Below, in pieces: positions 20,804 through 34,481 of a stretch of DNA of 64,000 nucleotides. Where the stretch lies: positions 2,888 to 66,887 of the forward strand of contig CAYQJD010000001.1 in NCBI GenBank assembly GCA_964417835.1. Reading direction: 5' to 3'. The translations under genes and the position numbers were made by a program. The first letter of the stretch is position 1. Every line of letters begins with the position of its first letter. Source of the DNA: an uncultured Muribaculaceae bacterium. GTDB taxonomy: Bacteria > Bacillota_I > Bacilli_A > RF39 > UBA660. A model generated the notes under the pieces. The model ran no database searches. It saw only the letters and a program-made list of their open reading frames with translations, and had not been told where the DNA came from.

Positions 20804-21799
20804 ATGATTATAGATAAGTTAATTAAAAAAGCAAAACAAAACAAAAAAACAATAGTATTAGTAGAAGCAGATGATGTTAGAACATTAAAAGCAGCAGAAG
20901 AAACAATAAAATTGGATTTTGCTAATATCATCTTAATTGGCAAAGAAAATAAAATTAAAGAATTAGCTTTAATAAATGGAATAAATTTAAATAATATCAA
21001 AATAATAGATCCTTTAAATTCAAGTATTACTATAGAATTAATAAAAAATTTTTATGAGCTTAGAAAACATAAAGGATTAACTTTAGAAGAAGCCGAAAAT
21101 ATAATTAAAAATGATTATTTATACTTTGGGGATATGTTGGTATTAAATGGTTATGCTGATGGATTAGTAGCAGGAGCAACCCATTCATCTAGTGATGTAT
21201 TACGAGCTGCTTTAAAAACTGTAAAAACAGCTCCTGATTCAAAAATAGTTTCATCATTTTTCTTAATTGAATTAGAAAATAAAAACTTAGGAAGTAATGG
21301 TATTTTTATATATTCAGATTGCGGTATGATACAAAATCCCACTAGTGAAGAATTAACAAATATAGCATATTCATCTAGCAAAACGTTCGAAAATTTAGTT
21401 GAAAGCACTCCAAAAATTGCATTCTTATCATATTCAACAAATGGTTCTAGCAATTCTATTGATGTAGATAAAGTAAGAAATGCAGTAGATATATTCAAAA
21501 AAACATATCCAAATATAATAGCTGACGGAGAATTGCAATTAGATGCTGCAATAATTCCAGAAATAACAGAAAAAAAATTTCCGAACTCTAAAATTAAAGG
21601 AGATGCAAATATATTAATATTTCCAAATTTAGATGCAGGAAATATAGCATATAAAATAACAGAACGTATAGGTAATGCAAAAGCATATGGTCCAATTACG
21701 CAAGGAATCAAAAAACCAATAAACGACTTATCTAGAGGCTGTAATTACAAAGATATAGTTGGAGTTATTGCAATAACTTGTAACCAAGTAAAAAACTGA
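20804..21799 (+). CDS. pta: Phosphate acetyltransferase (phosphotransacetylase)
   Basis: 331 aa. Strong similarity to Pta signatures (GYADGLVAGATHSS, DAAIIPE, GDANILIFPNLDAGNIAYKI, INDLSRGC). Confidence 0.85.
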   Translation: MIIDKLIKKAKQNKKTIVLVEADDVRTLKAAEETIKLDFANIILIGKENKIKELALINGINLNNIKIIDPLNSSITIELIKNFYELRKHKGLTLEEAENIIKNDYLYFGDMLVLNGYADGLVAGATHSSSDVLRAALKTVKTAPDSKIVSSFFLIELENKNLGSNGIFIYSDCGMIQNPTSEELTNIAYSSSKTFENLVESTPKIAFLSYSTNGSSNSIDVDKVRNAVDIFKKTYPNIIADGELQLDAAIIPEITEKKFPNSKIKGDANILIFPNLDAGNIAYKITERIGNAKAYGPITQGIKKPINDLSRGCNYKDIVGVIAITCNQVKN

Positions 21800-21822
21800 T
21801 AAAAATTTATCAGTTTTTATTA
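21792..21822 (+). terminator. Rho-independent terminator of pta
   Basis: Perfect 12-bp stem AAAACTGATAAA/TTTATCAGTTTT overlapping the pta stop codon, followed by a T-rich run. Confidence 0.6.
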
Positions 21823-21975
21823 TATTCAACTATGATATTTTAAATTTGCAAACAAATAATTATTGTAAAACATACGAATTGTTTTTAGTCCTGAATCGGA
21901 GAACAATCATATAATTTCTAAATACTCACAAAATAGAATTGTTTTTGAGTACACTTACTTTATTTATTAGCATAT

Positions 21976-23220
<1,245 letters not shown>

Positions 23221-23303
23221 TTATATAGAAATTATATCATTTAATAAAATATAAGTAAATCAAAGAGTCATGCAAAATTAATAAAAAGATAACAAATAAT
23301 TAA

Positions 23304-23897
23304 TTATTCGTTATCTTCATTTAATTTAGGTAATTCTACTTTTTTTTCTAAAAATAAACTTACTATAAAAACTAATAAATTAATAATAACCCATATAATA
23401 AATATTATACTTGATATCTGAAAAATACTTAATAATAAATCATTTTCATATATAGAAGTTATACTATTTAAATCTATAGTAATATTATTCATAGCAACTA
23501 AATTTATAATAAATAATAATTCTAATATAATTCCAATCCATATATTAATATTTTTCAAAACTTTTTTAGATTTTTTTATAGAAATAATTTGTATTATAAT
23601 TGTTATAAGTATGAAAGTAAAATATTCTATTATAGATGGAAAATATGATAATTTAACTATATATGTTATATATATATCTAATATATTAAATAAAGGTTTA
23701 TAATATATTAATATAATATATATCATAATTAATATAATAATCGTAATATATAATCTTTTAGTTTCTTTTTTGTTTTTTCCATAAAGTAAATCAATAATAA
23801 TAAATACTATCAACAATGAAATTAAAGCAATAATAGAATTACTTTTTAAAAATTCATATATTAAATTAATCTTACTCAAAAATGTCGTATCAACCAT
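23304..23897 (-). CDS. Hypothetical polytopic membrane protein
   Basis: 197 aa with about 5 hydrophobic helices. No motif recognised. Lies downstream of the sortase. Confidence 0.4.
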   Translation of the reverse strand: MVDTTFLSKINLIYEFLKSNSIIALISLLIVFIIIDLLYGKNKKETKRLYITIIILIMIYIILIYYKPLFNILDIYITYIVKLSYFPSIIEYFTFILITIIIQIISIKKSKKVLKNINIWIGIILELLFIINLVAMNNITIDLNSITSIYENDLLLSIFQISSIIFIIWVIINLLVFIVSLFLEKKVELPKLNEDNE

Positions 23898-23911
23898 AAT
23901 ATCGCCTCTTT

Positions 23912-24562
23912 TTATTCTTTATTTATAAGTTCACTAATATATACTGTTTGGGTAGTTTTATCATTCTTAGTACAAGTTATTAGCGTTAATGTAGAAATAT
24001 CTTTATTTCTAATAACTTCCACTTGTCCTGTTTTTAAAACTGTATATATATTAACAATCTTATATGTATAATTTATATTATTATATTCAATATAAACTAA
24101 ATCCCCTTTATTTAATTGGTATAAATCTTTAAAATATGATACTGATGAATTACCAGAATGACTTGCTAATATTACATTTCCATTTTCTTTATCTGGATAA
24201 TCAGAAGAATTTAAAATTTGTATATTTTTATTAACATTATTGTAATTACTATCAATATTAGTAAAACCTTTTTTTAAATTTATTTTGGGTATACTTAAAT
24301 ATCCCACATATAATGATTCATCATTATAATCTTTAAAACTATAATCTGTATCAACCTTAATATCCTCTTTATTCTCTATTTGCTCATTAGTTGCTGTTTC
24401 ATTTAAAATATCTGTATTAATACTTACAGTATCTTTATAATATAATTCATTCATATAATCATATACTTCTATTTTTTTTGCATTTAAATATTCAGAAGAA
24501 AATATGAACAACCCTATCAACAATATTATAAAACTAATTATTATTTTTAGATTTCTTGACAT
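23912..24562 (-). CDS. Sortase family transpeptidase (class B-like)
   Basis: N-terminal TM anchor, active-site His region ILASHSG, and the TLxTC catalytic motif TLTLITCT. 216 aa. Confidence 0.75.
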   Translation of the reverse strand: MSRNLKIIISFIILLIGLFIFSSEYLNAKKIEVYDYMNELYYKDTVSINTDILNETATNEQIENKEDIKVDTDYSFKDYNDESLYVGYLSIPKINLKKGFTNIDSNYNNVNKNIQILNSSDYPDKENGNVILASHSGNSSVSYFKDLYQLNKGDLVYIEYNNINYTYKIVNIYTVLKTGQVEVIRNKDISTLTLITCTKNDKTTQTVYISELINKE

Positions 24563-26204
24563 TTTTATAAACTAAACATCCGCCTATTGATAATACAATA
24601 GCTCCTAATATATATTTAAAAGTTGAGAATAATGCTGTTTTAGGGCAATCAATTAAATTACTTATAAAACTAGTTTCTATAGTTGTAGTTGTTATAACTT
24701 CATTTTTTATTTCTATATTTGAATTGTCATCATTTAAATTGTTAACATTATCATTATTTGTAGTTGGGAATTCTTCTATATTTAAATAAATATCATCAAC
24801 AGTCACATATGTAGAATTATACTTCACTTTTAAAATACCATCACTAGTTATTTGAAAATATAATTTATCAAAATTATATTTTGAATCTATAATATAATAA
24901 TTTCCTTCTGTTAAAGTTAATGAATAGCTAGTTTCTGTACTTTCATAAGATTTTTTCAAAACACCACTAGTAGTATATATTTTAATATAATTATCTTTAT
25001 CATTATAATCATTATAAATAGTAAAATATTTAGAAGCTAAAGTAGTATTGTATTTTATTTCTTCACCTTGAACAGTAATTGTTTGTATATTTTCTGATTC
25101 TTTAATATTATAAGCCTTTTTTGTAGGCAAATTATAGTTAGAACTACTGAACGTTAAAGTATAAATTCCAGTTTCAAATAAATCATTATAATCTCTATAT
25201 GTATTTGTAGTAGTGAAACTTTTTAATAAATTATCTGTAGAACAACTATCATTTAAACAATTACCCTTATAAATATTGATTTTTACACCACTTAAATAAT
25301 TATTATCATCATCCACAACTTTAATTCTAACTTTTTGATAAGTTGACTCTTTTATTGTGACTGGCATACTGGCTTCGATATTGTTCGAACTTGATGTATA
25401 AACTCTACCATATATAGCATCTTCTCCACCATAGAAACTATATTTATAAACAGTATAGTCAGTCTTTGTTCCAGTAATATAAACCTCAAAATCATCAGAA
25501 TAATCTATTGAACTAGATGGGATTCTAATTTGAAATGAGCCTTTACCATCGTTACTTAATGAATTATTAATAATTGTTGCATTTTTTGGTGCATTATATA
25601 ATTTAACTGATGGTGTTGAGTTTAATCCATTAGTAGTTATATTGATATAATTAGAATAATAGTAACTACCACTCTCATAAAAAGTTATATTTTTAGTATC
25701 AAAAACAATACTATCCTTATTATCATTTAATGCTTTTGCATTAGTTACCAATTTATTTATATAAAAACAAACTGTATCTGTAGTATTATTAGTTATATAA
25801 GTTTTTAAAGATGCACTTATATTAGCATCATTTCCATTTAAATAATCTTGATACCAAAGTATAGCTACTTGAGCAATGTAATAGTTTTTATTGCTATTAC
25901 TTGTAACATTATTATTATTAATTATATAAGCAAATCCTTTATCAGCTTCAATAGGATCAGTTAATGTTACTTTGGAATCATAATAAGTATCCTTATTTAA
26001 TACATAAAGATTATAACTTCCAGACTTATTAAAATTTATTGATAAACCATCAATATATTCATAAGTAGTACCACTCTTCTGAGTAGTAATACTAGATGAA
26101 TAACTTAAAGCATTTACACTGGTTGCAAAGCCTAACATTATTATTAGACTGATTACAATTTTCGAAATTTTCTTCATTTTCAAAACCACTCCCTTTAATG
26201 GCAC
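24534..26204 (-). CDS. Cell-surface protein, putative sortase substrate with non-canonical C-terminal sorting signal
   Basis: Signal peptide. The Thr/Asn/Tyr-rich extracellular region suggests Ig-like folds. C-terminus is DCPKTA, then a hydrophobic helix, then a KNVKKSK tail, which resembles NPKTG/(S/P)PxTG SrtB-type signals. Confidence 0.55.
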   Translation of the reverse strand: MPLKGVVLKMKKISKIVISLIIMLGFATSVNALSYSSSITTQKSGTTYEYIDGLSINFNKSGSYNLYVLNKDTYYDSKVTLTDPIEADKGFAYIINNNNVTSNSNKNYYIAQVAILWYQDYLNGNDANISASLKTYITNNTTDTVCFYINKLVTNAKALNDNKDSIVFDTKNITFYESGSYYYSNYINITTNGLNSTPSVKLYNAPKNATIINNSLSNDGKGSFQIRIPSSSIDYSDDFEVYITGTKTDYTVYKYSFYGGEDAIYGRVYTSSSNNIEASMPVTIKESTYQKVRIKVVDDDNNYLSGVKINIYKGNCLNDSCSTDNLLKSFTTTNTYRDYNDLFETGIYTLTFSSSNYNLPTKKAYNIKESENIQTITVQGEEIKYNTTLASKYFTIYNDYNDKDNYIKIYTTSGVLKKSYESTETSYSLTLTEGNYYIIDSKYNFDKLYFQITSDGILKVKYNSTYVTVDDIYLNIEEFPTTNNDNVNNLNDDNSNIEIKNEVITTTTIETSFISNLIDCPKTALFSTFKYILGAIVLSIGGCLVYKNVKKSKNNN

Positions 26205-26263
26205 TTATTATACACTTTTTTTATTAATTGTCAAATTATTTAAATTTTATAAAAAAAAAGCAA

Positions 26264-29200
26264 CTAAGCTTCTTCTTGAACTTCTATTATTTCTTCCTCA
26301 ATTTTTTTATCTTCTTCATCAATATCTAAAAATTGATTTTCCAATACTTCACTAGGTTCATCATCCATTAAACTTTTTTCAAGTTCAATAGTAATATCGC
26401 TATATTGTTTAGCACCTGTACCAGCTGGAATTAATTTACCAATAATTACATTTTCTTTTAATCCAGTTAAATTATCAACTTTTCCTTTAATTGCAGCATC
26501 AGTTAAAACTCTTGTAGTTTCTTGGAATGATGCAGCAGATAAGAATGAATCAGTTTCTAAAGAAGATTTTGTAATACCTAGCATAATTGGTCTTCCTGTA
26601 GCAGGAATTCCACCATTTAATAATACTTGTTTGTTCCTTTCAGTAAATTCTCTTATACTTACTGTTAAACCAGCTACTAAATCAGTATCTCCCTCATCTA
26701 CAACTCTCATTTTATTAATCATTCTGCTAGCAATTATTTCAATATGCTTATCTGAGATATCAACACCTTGACTCTTATAAGCCTTTTGAATCTCTGTTAA
26801 TATATATTCTTGAGTTGTTATAGGATCAGTAACTGCAAGTAATTCTTTAGGAGATATTGTTCCTTGTGTTAATTTATCTCCAGCATTAACTTCATCTCCT
26901 ACTTCAACGATTAATTTAGCTCCGTATGAAGTTATATGATCTCTTGATTCAGTTTTATTTGAAATAACTATTTTCCATTTACCGTTTACATCTGTAATTA
27001 AGTCAACTTTTCCAGTTATTTCAGAAATAGTAGCTTTACCTTTTGGATTACGAGCCTCAAATAATTCTTCAACACGTGGAAGACCTTGAGTTATATCTTC
27101 TCCACCAGCAACTCCACCTGAATGGAATGTTCTCATTGTTAATTGTGTACCTGGTTCACCAATTGATTGAGCTGCCATAATACCAACTGCTTCTCCAGTT
27201 TCTACTAAGTTTCCAGTTGCTAAATTACGACCATAACATTTTTGACAAACGCCATTTGGACTTTTACAAGTAAGAACACTTCTAATTTCTACTTCTTTTA
27301 CCCCTGCATTTTCAATTTTAGCAACTAAACTTTCATTTAAAAGTACATCTTTTTCTACAATAACTTCTTTAGTTTCAGGGTTAATTACTTTCTTTGCTGT
27401 GAATCTACCTAATAATCTTTCTGAAAGTGGCTCTATTATACTACCATCTTTATCATTTATTAAATCTTTAACAACTAGTCCAGATACACAACCACAGTCT
27501 TCATCTTTAACAATAATATCTTGAGAAACATCAACTAATCTACGAGTTAAATATCCCGAATCCGCAGTACGTAATGCTGTATCGGTATCTCCTTTACGTG
27601 CACCGTGTGTTCCTAAGAAAAATTCGTTAACGGAAAGTCCATCACGTAAACTTGATAATATTGGAATTTCTACAGAATCACCATTTGGTTTTGACATCAA
27701 ACCACGCATACCGGCCATTTGACAAAATTGATCTGCACTACCACGAGCTCCTGAATTCATCATCATAAATACAGGATTATGTAAATCTGATTTAGCTATA
27801 TCACTAAGTTTATTTTTTACTTGATCTTTAACATTATTCCAAACTCCACAAACACTTGTATATCTTTCTTCTTCGGTAATAAGTCCTCTTGAAAATTGTT
27901 TATTAATTTTATTTACTTTTTCTTGACCAGCATTAATAAAGTCTTGTTTTGATGAATCAACATTGATATCTGATAACGAAACAGTAATACCAGCAATTGT
28001 AGAATATTTAAATCCCAAATCTTTTAATTTATCTAACATAATACTTGTCTCAGTAGTTTTATAAAGTTTAAATATTTGAGCAATTATACTTTGTAGAAGC
28101 TTTTTATCAAAAGGTTTTACAACTGGAGTATCTTTCAATACCTCTGCGAAATTAGTTCCCATATCAAAGAAATATTTCAATGGTGTAATTCCAGTTATAT
28201 TTTCTTTAGTAGGTTCATTTATATAAGGAAAAGTATCCGGCAATATTTCATTAAAAATCAATTTCCCTGCAGTTGTAACTAAATATTTATCTTTTACTTC
28301 ATCAATAAATATTCTATGTCTAAATGAACTAACTGGCAATATTATTCTAGTATGTAAAGATATCTCTTTTCTTTCATAAGCCATTATCGCTTCATTTGAA
28401 TTTTTATAGACCTTACCTTCATTAGGCAACCCAGCTTCTTCAATAGTAATATAATAGTTACCTAAAACCATGTCTTGGCTTGGAGTAACAATTGGTTTTC
28501 CATCTTTTGGAGAAAGAATGTTATTAGCTCCTAGCATAAGAATTCTAGCTTCTGCCTTTGCTTCTTCGCTTAAAGGAACGTGAACAGCCATTTGGTCACC
28601 ATCAAAATCCGCATTAAATGCTGTACAAACTAATGGATGTAATCTAATAGCTTTACCGCCTACTAATTTTGGTTCAAAAGCTTGAATACCCAATCTATGT
28701 AAAGTTGGTGCACGGTTTAACATTACTGGATGTTCTGTAATTACGTCTTCAACTATATCCCATACACATTCGTTTCTACTATCAATTAATTTTTTTGCAC
28801 CTTTAATATTGTGTGCAAGGCCTCTGCTTACTAAACCATTTATAACATGTGGCTTAAATAATTCTATAGCCATTTCTTTAGGAATTCCACATTGATACAT
28901 CTTCAAATTAGGTCCAACAACGATAACTGAACGTCCTGAATAATCTACACGTTTTCCTAATAAGTTTTGACGAAAACGTCCTTGTTTTCCTTTTAACATG
29001 CTTGATAAAGATTTTAAAGGTCTATTACCAGCAGCTGTAACACTTCTTCCACGTCTTCCATTATCAAATAATGTATCAACCGCTTCTTGAAGCATACGTT
29101 TTTCATTTTGAACAATTATAGATGGAGCTCCTAATTCTAATAATTTTTTCAAACGATTATTTCTATTAATAATTCTTCTATATAAATCATTTAAATCAGA

Positions 29201-29953
29201 AGTAGCAAATCTACCACCATCCAATTGAATCATTGGTCTTAATTCTGGAGGTATAACTGGAATTACATCTAAAATCATCCATTCAGGTTTATTACCACTT
29301 TCTTGGAATGCAACTAAACAATCCAAACGTTTAACCAATCTAATACGTTTTTGACCTGTAGCATTTTCTAATTCAGCTCTTAAATCTTCAACTTCTTTAT
29401 TAACATCTACATCTTGTAATAATTTTTTAATTGCTTCAGCTCCCATGCCTACTTCAAAACTATTACCATATTTTTCATAATATGCTCTATATTCTTTATC
29501 AGATAAAGTTTGTTTTTTTTCTAAAGGAGCATTACCAGGATTAATTACAACATAGCTCACAAAATATATTACTTCTTCTAAATCTCTTGGACTCATATCC
29601 AAAACTAATCCCATTTTAGATGGTACACCTTTAAAAAACCAAATATGAGAACAAGGAGAGGCAAGTTCTATATGTCCCATACGTTCTCTACGAACTTTAG
29701 AACGAGTAACCTCAACTCCACATCTATCACATATTACATTTTTATATCTCAATCTTCTATACTTACCACAACTACATTCATAATCTTTAGTAGGTCCAAA
29801 GATCTTTTCACAAAACAAACCATCTCTTTCAGGCTTAAGGGTACGATAATTTATTGTTTCAGGTTTCTTGACTTCTCCATGAGACCAACTTCTAATTTTT
29901 TCAGGACTAGCAATACCAATCTTAATTCCTTTAAAATTATTTACTTCTAACAT
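26264..29953 (-). CDS. rpoC: DNA-directed RNA polymerase subunit beta'
   Basis: 1229 aa. Zinc-binding CSCGKY..C..C, NADFDGD catalytic motif, and trigger loop region. Confidence 0.98.
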   Translation of the reverse strand: MLEVNNFKGIKIGIASPEKIRSWSHGEVKKPETINYRTLKPERDGLFCEKIFGPTKDYECSCGKYRRLRYKNVICDRCGVEVTRSKVRRERMGHIELASPCSHIWFFKGVPSKMGLVLDMSPRDLEEVIYFVSYVVINPGNAPLEKKQTLSDKEYRAYYEKYGNSFEVGMGAEAIKKLLQDVDVNKEVEDLRAELENATGQKRIRLVKRLDCLVAFQESGNKPEWMILDVIPVIPPELRPMIQLDGGRFATSDLNDLYRRIINRNNRLKKLLELGAPSIIVQNEKRMLQEAVDTLFDNGRRGRSVTAAGNRPLKSLSSMLKGKQGRFRQNLLGKRVDYSGRSVIVVGPNLKMYQCGIPKEMAIELFKPHVINGLVSRGLAHNIKGAKKLIDSRNECVWDIVEDVITEHPVMLNRAPTLHRLGIQAFEPKLVGGKAIRLHPLVCTAFNADFDGDQMAVHVPLSEEAKAEARILMLGANNILSPKDGKPIVTPSQDMVLGNYYITIEEAGLPNEGKVYKNSNEAIMAYERKEISLHTRIILPVSSFRHRIFIDEVKDKYLVTTAGKLIFNEILPDTFPYINEPTKENITGITPLKYFFDMGTNFAEVLKDTPVVKPFDKKLLQSIIAQIFKLYKTTETSIMLDKLKDLGFKYSTIAGITVSLSDINVDSSKQDFINAGQEKVNKINKQFSRGLITEEERYTSVCGVWNNVKDQVKNKLSDIAKSDLHNPVFMMMNSGARGSADQFCQMAGMRGLMSKPNGDSVEIPILSSLRDGLSVNEFFLGTHGARKGDTDTALRTADSGYLTRRLVDVSQDIIVKDEDCGCVSGLVVKDLINDKDGSIIEPLSERLLGRFTAKKVINPETKEVIVEKDVLLNESLVAKIENAGVKEVEIRSVLTCKSPNGVCQKCYGRNLATGNLVETGEAVGIMAAQSIGEPGTQLTMRTFHSGGVAGGEDITQGLPRVEELFEARNPKGKATISEITGKVDLITDVNGKWKIVISNKTESRDHITSYGAKLIVEVGDEVNAGDKLTQGTISPKELLAVTDPITTQEYILTEIQKAYKSQGVDISDKHIEIIASRMINKMRVVDEGDTDLVAGLTVSIREFTERNKQVLLNGGIPATGRPIMLGITKSSLETDSFLSAASFQETTRVLTDAAIKGKVDNLTGLKENVIIGKLIPAGTGAKQYSDITIELEKSLMDDEPSEVLENQFLDIDEEDKKIEEEIIEVQEEA

Positions 29954-32900
29954 TAAATTTCATCCCCTTCCAATTGCCCATTTGAAATAGCTTCTAACTC
30001 CTCATCAGTAGGAGCTTCTTCTAATTCTTTTTCATTATTTTCTTCATCTGGAACTTCCTCAGTATCTTTTTTTTCTTCAACTACTGGAGGAACAAAATTA
30101 TCTTTATTTATATCTATCTCATCAATAGTAATAGCTTCATCTTCATCAAATTCTTCTAAATCATTAATTCCATGAATTTCATCATTATTATCTATTATAG
30201 AAATATCTAAACCTAAAGCTTGGAATTCTTTAATTAAAACTCTAAAGCTCTCCGGAACACCAGCTTGGCTTATATTTTTACCTTTAACTAAGGCTTCATA
30301 AACTTTAACACGTCCAACAACATCATCAGATTTTATTGTAAGTATTTCTTGTAAAACATGTGCAGCGCCATATGCATACAATGCCCAAACTTCCATTTCT
30401 CCAAAACGTTGACCACCGAATTGAGCTTTTCCTCCTAAAGGTTGTTGTGTAACTAATGAATAAGGCCCAGTAGAACGAGCATGTAACTTATCATCAACCA
30501 TGTGATGTAATTTAATCATATACATAACTCCAACAGCTACTCTGTTTTCAAAAGGTTCACCAGTTCTACCATCATATAAAACAGTCTTACCATCTTTATC
30601 TAATCCAGCTTCTTCCATCATTTCAGATATATCATCAATAGTTGCACCATCAAATACTGGAGTAGCACAATAAACACCTAATTTCTTTGCAGCCATTCCC
30701 AAATGCAATTCTAATATTTGCCCCAAATTCATTCGGCTTGGAACACCTTGTGGATTTAAAATAATATCAACTGGTGTACCATCTGGCAAATAAGGCATAT
30801 CTTCTTCTGGTAAAATCAAAGATATAACGCCTTTATTCCCATGACGTCCAGACATTTTATCTCCAACTTGTATTTTACGCTTTTGAATAATATAAACTCT
30901 AATAACTTTTGATACTCCAGCTGGAAGCTCATCGCTATTTTCTTTAGTAAAGATTTTAACATCGTGTACTATTCCATCTGCGCCATGTGCGACACGTAAA
31001 GATGTATCTCTTACCTCACGAGTTTTTTCCCCAAATATAGCATGTAATAATTTTTCTTCACTTGTAAGTTCTTGAACTCCTTTTGGAGTAACTTTCCCAA
31101 CTAAAATATCTCCTTCATGAACTTCAGTTCCAATTCTAATTATTCCATCAGAATCAAGATTCTTTCTACTATCTTCTGACACATTAGGAATATCTCTTGT
31201 AATTTCCTCTGGGCCTAATTTAGTATCACGACAATCTATATCATAATGTTCAATATGTAAAGATGTATAAACATCATCTTTTACTAACCTTTCATTTAAT
31301 ACAACAGCATCTTCATAGTTATAACCATTAAATGTCATAAACGCTATAGTCATATTTTTTCCTAAAGCAAGTTCACCATTTTGAGTACTAGTTCCATCAG
31401 CAATAACTTCACCTCTATGAACTTTATCGCCTATTTTAACTATTGGTGAATGATTTATACATGTTTCAGCATTACTTCTTTCAAAATTAGCTAAATAATA
31501 AATATCTTTATCCTTTGCATTCTTTACAACAATCTTTTTAGAATCAGCATATTCAACTATACCATCAGCTTTAGCAACAATCGTAGAACCTGAATCTCTT
31601 GCAGCAATATATTCAACACCCGTTCCTACAAGTGGGGCTTCACTTTGTAATAAAGGCACAGCTTGACGTTGCATATTAGAACCCATCAATGCACGGTGAG
31701 CATCATCATGATCTAGAAATGGAATACAACTTGTAGTTATTGATACAACTTGACTTGGAGCAACATCAATAAAGTTTACCAATTCTTTTTTTGCTATAAC
31801 ATTTTCACCATTTAAACGTGCAACAACTTCTTTATCAGTTAACATATTATTTTCGTCAATTCCAATTGTAGCTTGAGAAATATAATAATCACTTTCTTCA
31901 TCTGCTGTAAGATAAACAATCTCATCAGTAACATGACAATTTTCAACTTTTCTATATGGAGTCATTATAAAACCATACTCATTAACCTTCGCATAACTTG
32001 CTAAAGATGTAATTAATCCAATATTAGCTCCTTCTGGAGATTCAATAGGACAAATTCTTCCATAATGTGAAACATTTACGTCACGAACTTCCATTCCTGC
32101 TCTATCTCTAGATAAACCACCAGGTCCTAAAGATGATAAACGGCGCTTATCTGTAAGCTCTGCAATAGGGTTAACCTGATCCATAAATTTAGATAATTGA
32201 CTTGATCCAAAGAACTCTTTCATTGCTGCTGTAACAGGTCTTATGTTTATTAAGGTTTTCGGAGTGACATTTTCAAGCTCTTGAGTTGTCATTCTTTCAC
32301 GAATAACTCTCTCCATGCGAACCATACCAGTTCTAAATTGATTTTGAATTAATTCTCCAACTTGTCTTACTCTACGATTTCCTAAATGATCTATCTCATC
32401 AATATTTCCAATATTATCTAACAAGTTTAAATAATAAGAAACAGATGCATATATATCAGAAATAGTTAAACGCCTAGAATCAATTGATTGATCATTACCT
32501 ATTATTTTAATAATATTTTTTTCATCAAGTTTATCATATACTAAAACTTCTTGAATTTTATTAAATTCATCTAATTCTTCATTAATTCTAACTTCTTTTA
32601 CATTGTAACCATTTTCAAATAAAGGTCTAATATTCTCTAAAATAGTTTTATCTATTATAGTCCCTTTACTAACAATAGTTTCTTTTCCATCTTTTATATT
32701 TTCTGCAATTTTTTGACCTAATAAACGATCTAGAACATTTAATTTTTTATTAAATTTATAACGTCCAACACGTGCTAAGTCATAACGGAATTTATCAAAG
32801 AAACGTGTAATTAATTGATTTTTAGCAGAATCTAAAGTAGCAGGTTCTCCAGGTCTTAATTTTTCGTAAATTTCAATTAATGCTTCATCAGTATTTTTTG

Positions 32901-33576
32901 TAGAATCTTTTTCTAATGTATTTTTAATAAATCTATTTTCTCCAAATACTTCTAAAATTTCTTCGTCACTAGATAATCCGATAGCACGTAAAAGGGTTGT
33001 AACAGTTACTTTTCTTGTTCTATCTATTCTTACATAAATAACATCTCTTGCATCTAATTCGAATTCTAACCATGTTCCTTTATTAGGAATCATTTCTCCA
33101 CTAACTACTGGTCTTCCATTTTTATCGATTTCACGCTTAAAATAGATGCTAGGACTACGAACTAATTGAGAAACTATAACACGTTCTACACCATTTATAA
33201 TAAAAGTTCCAGCCTCAGTCATCATAGGCATGTCGCCTAAAAATATTTCTTGCTCTTTTACTTCACCAGTTTCATTTATGAAAACACGTGCTTGAACTTT
33301 TAAAGGAGCTGAATAAGTTACCATTCTCTCTTTTGATTCCTTTACACCATATCTAGGTTCATCAAAACAATAATCACTAAAACTAAGAGATATATTACCA
33401 GTGAAACTTTCTACAGGAAATAAATCATCAAATACTTCTTTAATTCCTTCCGTCAAAAACCAATTATACGATTCTTTTTGTATATCCAACAAATTTTTTA
33501 ATTCATATTTATTAGATGTTTTTGAGAAAGATCTTCTTTCTCTATGGTCACCAAATTTTTCTACTTTGTATGCCAC
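29953..33576 (-). CDS. rpoB: DNA-directed RNA polymerase subunit beta
   Basis: 1207 aa with conserved beta-subunit blocks ([15 protein letters not shown] etc). Overlaps the rpoC start. Confidence 0.98.
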   Translation of the reverse strand: MAYKVEKFGDHRERRSFSKTSNKYELKNLLDIQKESYNWFLTEGIKEVFDDLFPVESFTGNISLSFSDYCFDEPRYGVKESKERMVTYSAPLKVQARVFINETGEVKEQEIFLGDMPMMTEAGTFIINGVERVIVSQLVRSPSIYFKREIDKNGRPVVSGEMIPNKGTWLEFELDARDVIYVRIDRTRKVTVTTLLRAIGLSSDEEILEVFGENRFIKNTLEKDSTKNTDEALIEIYEKLRPGEPATLDSAKNQLITRFFDKFRYDLARVGRYKFNKKLNVLDRLLGQKIAENIKDGKETIVSKGTIIDKTILENIRPLFENGYNVKEVRINEELDEFNKIQEVLVYDKLDEKNIIKIIGNDQSIDSRRLTISDIYASVSYYLNLLDNIGNIDEIDHLGNRRVRQVGELIQNQFRTGMVRMERVIRERMTTQELENVTPKTLINIRPVTAAMKEFFGSSQLSKFMDQVNPIAELTDKRRLSSLGPGGLSRDRAGMEVRDVNVSHYGRICPIESPEGANIGLITSLASYAKVNEYGFIMTPYRKVENCHVTDEIVYLTADEESDYYISQATIGIDENNMLTDKEVVARLNGENVIAKKELVNFIDVAPSQVVSITTSCIPFLDHDDAHRALMGSNMQRQAVPLLQSEAPLVGTGVEYIAARDSGSTIVAKADGIVEYADSKKIVVKNAKDKDIYYLANFERSNAETCINHSPIVKIGDKVHRGEVIADGTSTQNGELALGKNMTIAFMTFNGYNYEDAVVLNERLVKDDVYTSLHIEHYDIDCRDTKLGPEEITRDIPNVSEDSRKNLDSDGIIRIGTEVHEGDILVGKVTPKGVQELTSEEKLLHAIFGEKTREVRDTSLRVAHGADGIVHDVKIFTKENSDELPAGVSKVIRVYIIQKRKIQVGDKMSGRHGNKGVISLILPEEDMPYLPDGTPVDIILNPQGVPSRMNLGQILELHLGMAAKKLGVYCATPVFDGATIDDISEMMEEAGLDKDGKTVLYDGRTGEPFENRVAVGVMYMIKLHHMVDDKLHARSTGPYSLVTQQPLGGKAQFGGQRFGEMEVWALYAYGAAHVLQEILTIKSDDVVGRVKVYEALVKGKNISQAGVPESFRVLIKEFQALGLDISIIDNNDEIHGINDLEEFDEDEAITIDEIDINKDNFVPPVVEEKKDTEEVPDEENNEKELEEAPTDEELEAISNGQLEGDEI

Positions 33577-33671
33577 TAAAGTTCACCCCAAACTAAGTTT
33601 TTTTTGATGTAGTCTAAAAAATTAGATACTACGCCACCAATTTAAAATTTTATCAATAAAAAATATTATTG

Positions 33672-34262
33672 TCAACGTTTTTTACAAATAATTACAAAAA
33701 AGCCTTTACTTTTTTTTACAACCTCAACATTATAAATATTTTTTATTTTCTCTATTGTACTTTTTGCTCCTTGATCTTTATTCATCACAAACCAGAGCCT
33801 TCCGCCATCATTTAAATAATTGATAGCATTTAAAATTATTTTCATATATATTTCTTTTCCCGCCCGAATAGGAGGATTAGAAATTATTACATCATACTTT
33901 TTCTCAATGTTACTATAACAATCACTTATAAAACTTTTTGCTTTAACTTTATTTTTCTTTATATTTAAATCTGCTAAATGAACCGCTCTTTTATTAACAT
34001 CTATCATATCTACAAAAGAATTCATGATTTTAGAAATTGTTATTCCTATAAAACCATATCCGCATCCAACATCTAATATACTATTACAATTTTTTTCCAC
34101 TTTTAAAAAACTTTCAACTAACAATTTACTAGCGTAATCTACTCTATCTTTAGAAAATACACCCAAATCACTTATAAATTCCAAAGAAAAGTCTTCATAA
34201 TTATATAAAATATTTCTATATTCACTTTTTAAATTATTATCATTAGTAAAGTAGTGACTCAT
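33672..34262 (-). CDS. Class I SAM-dependent methyltransferase (MTS small-domain, RsmC/RlmG-like)
   Basis: SAM-binding motif LDVGCGYGFIG and an NPP substrate motif IISNPPI. 196 aa. Sits immediately upstream of rpoB, as in many Clostridia. Confidence 0.75.
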   Translation of the reverse strand: MSHYFTNDNNLKSEYRNILYNYEDFSLEFISDLGVFSKDRVDYASKLLVESFLKVEKNCNSILDVGCGYGFIGITISKIMNSFVDMIDVNKRAVHLADLNIKKNKVKAKSFISDCYSNIEKKYDVIISNPPIRAGKEIYMKIILNAINYLNDGGRLWFVMNKDQGAKSTIEKIKNIYNVEVVKKSKGFFVIICKKR

Positions 34263-34481
34263 TTCTTCGCCCCTTTTTAAAGTATTTTAATTATAACATA
34301 ATCAGTTTCAAAAAAAAAGGGAAAAATAATATTTATATAAAAAAATAAATACATATTTAATAAGTAATTCATTTATAATCATAATTAATTCTAAATAACG
34401 TGGCTAATAATTGCTTTTTATAGTAATACTTTTATTTGAATCGAAACATAGTATATGATAACATAAATTAAAGGTGGTAAT

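Noticed and set aside
20800-21711. Minus-strand ORFs 20800..21000 and 21151..21711
   Set aside because: Antisense to the well-supported pta gene.
21840-21975. Direct repeat GAATTGTTTTT(A/G)AGT (two copies, about 21878 and 21935) between pta and eno
   Set aside because: Short AT-rich repeat in a convergent terminator region. It probably contributes to terminator hairpins for eno. Too short and degenerate to call a mobile-element remnant.
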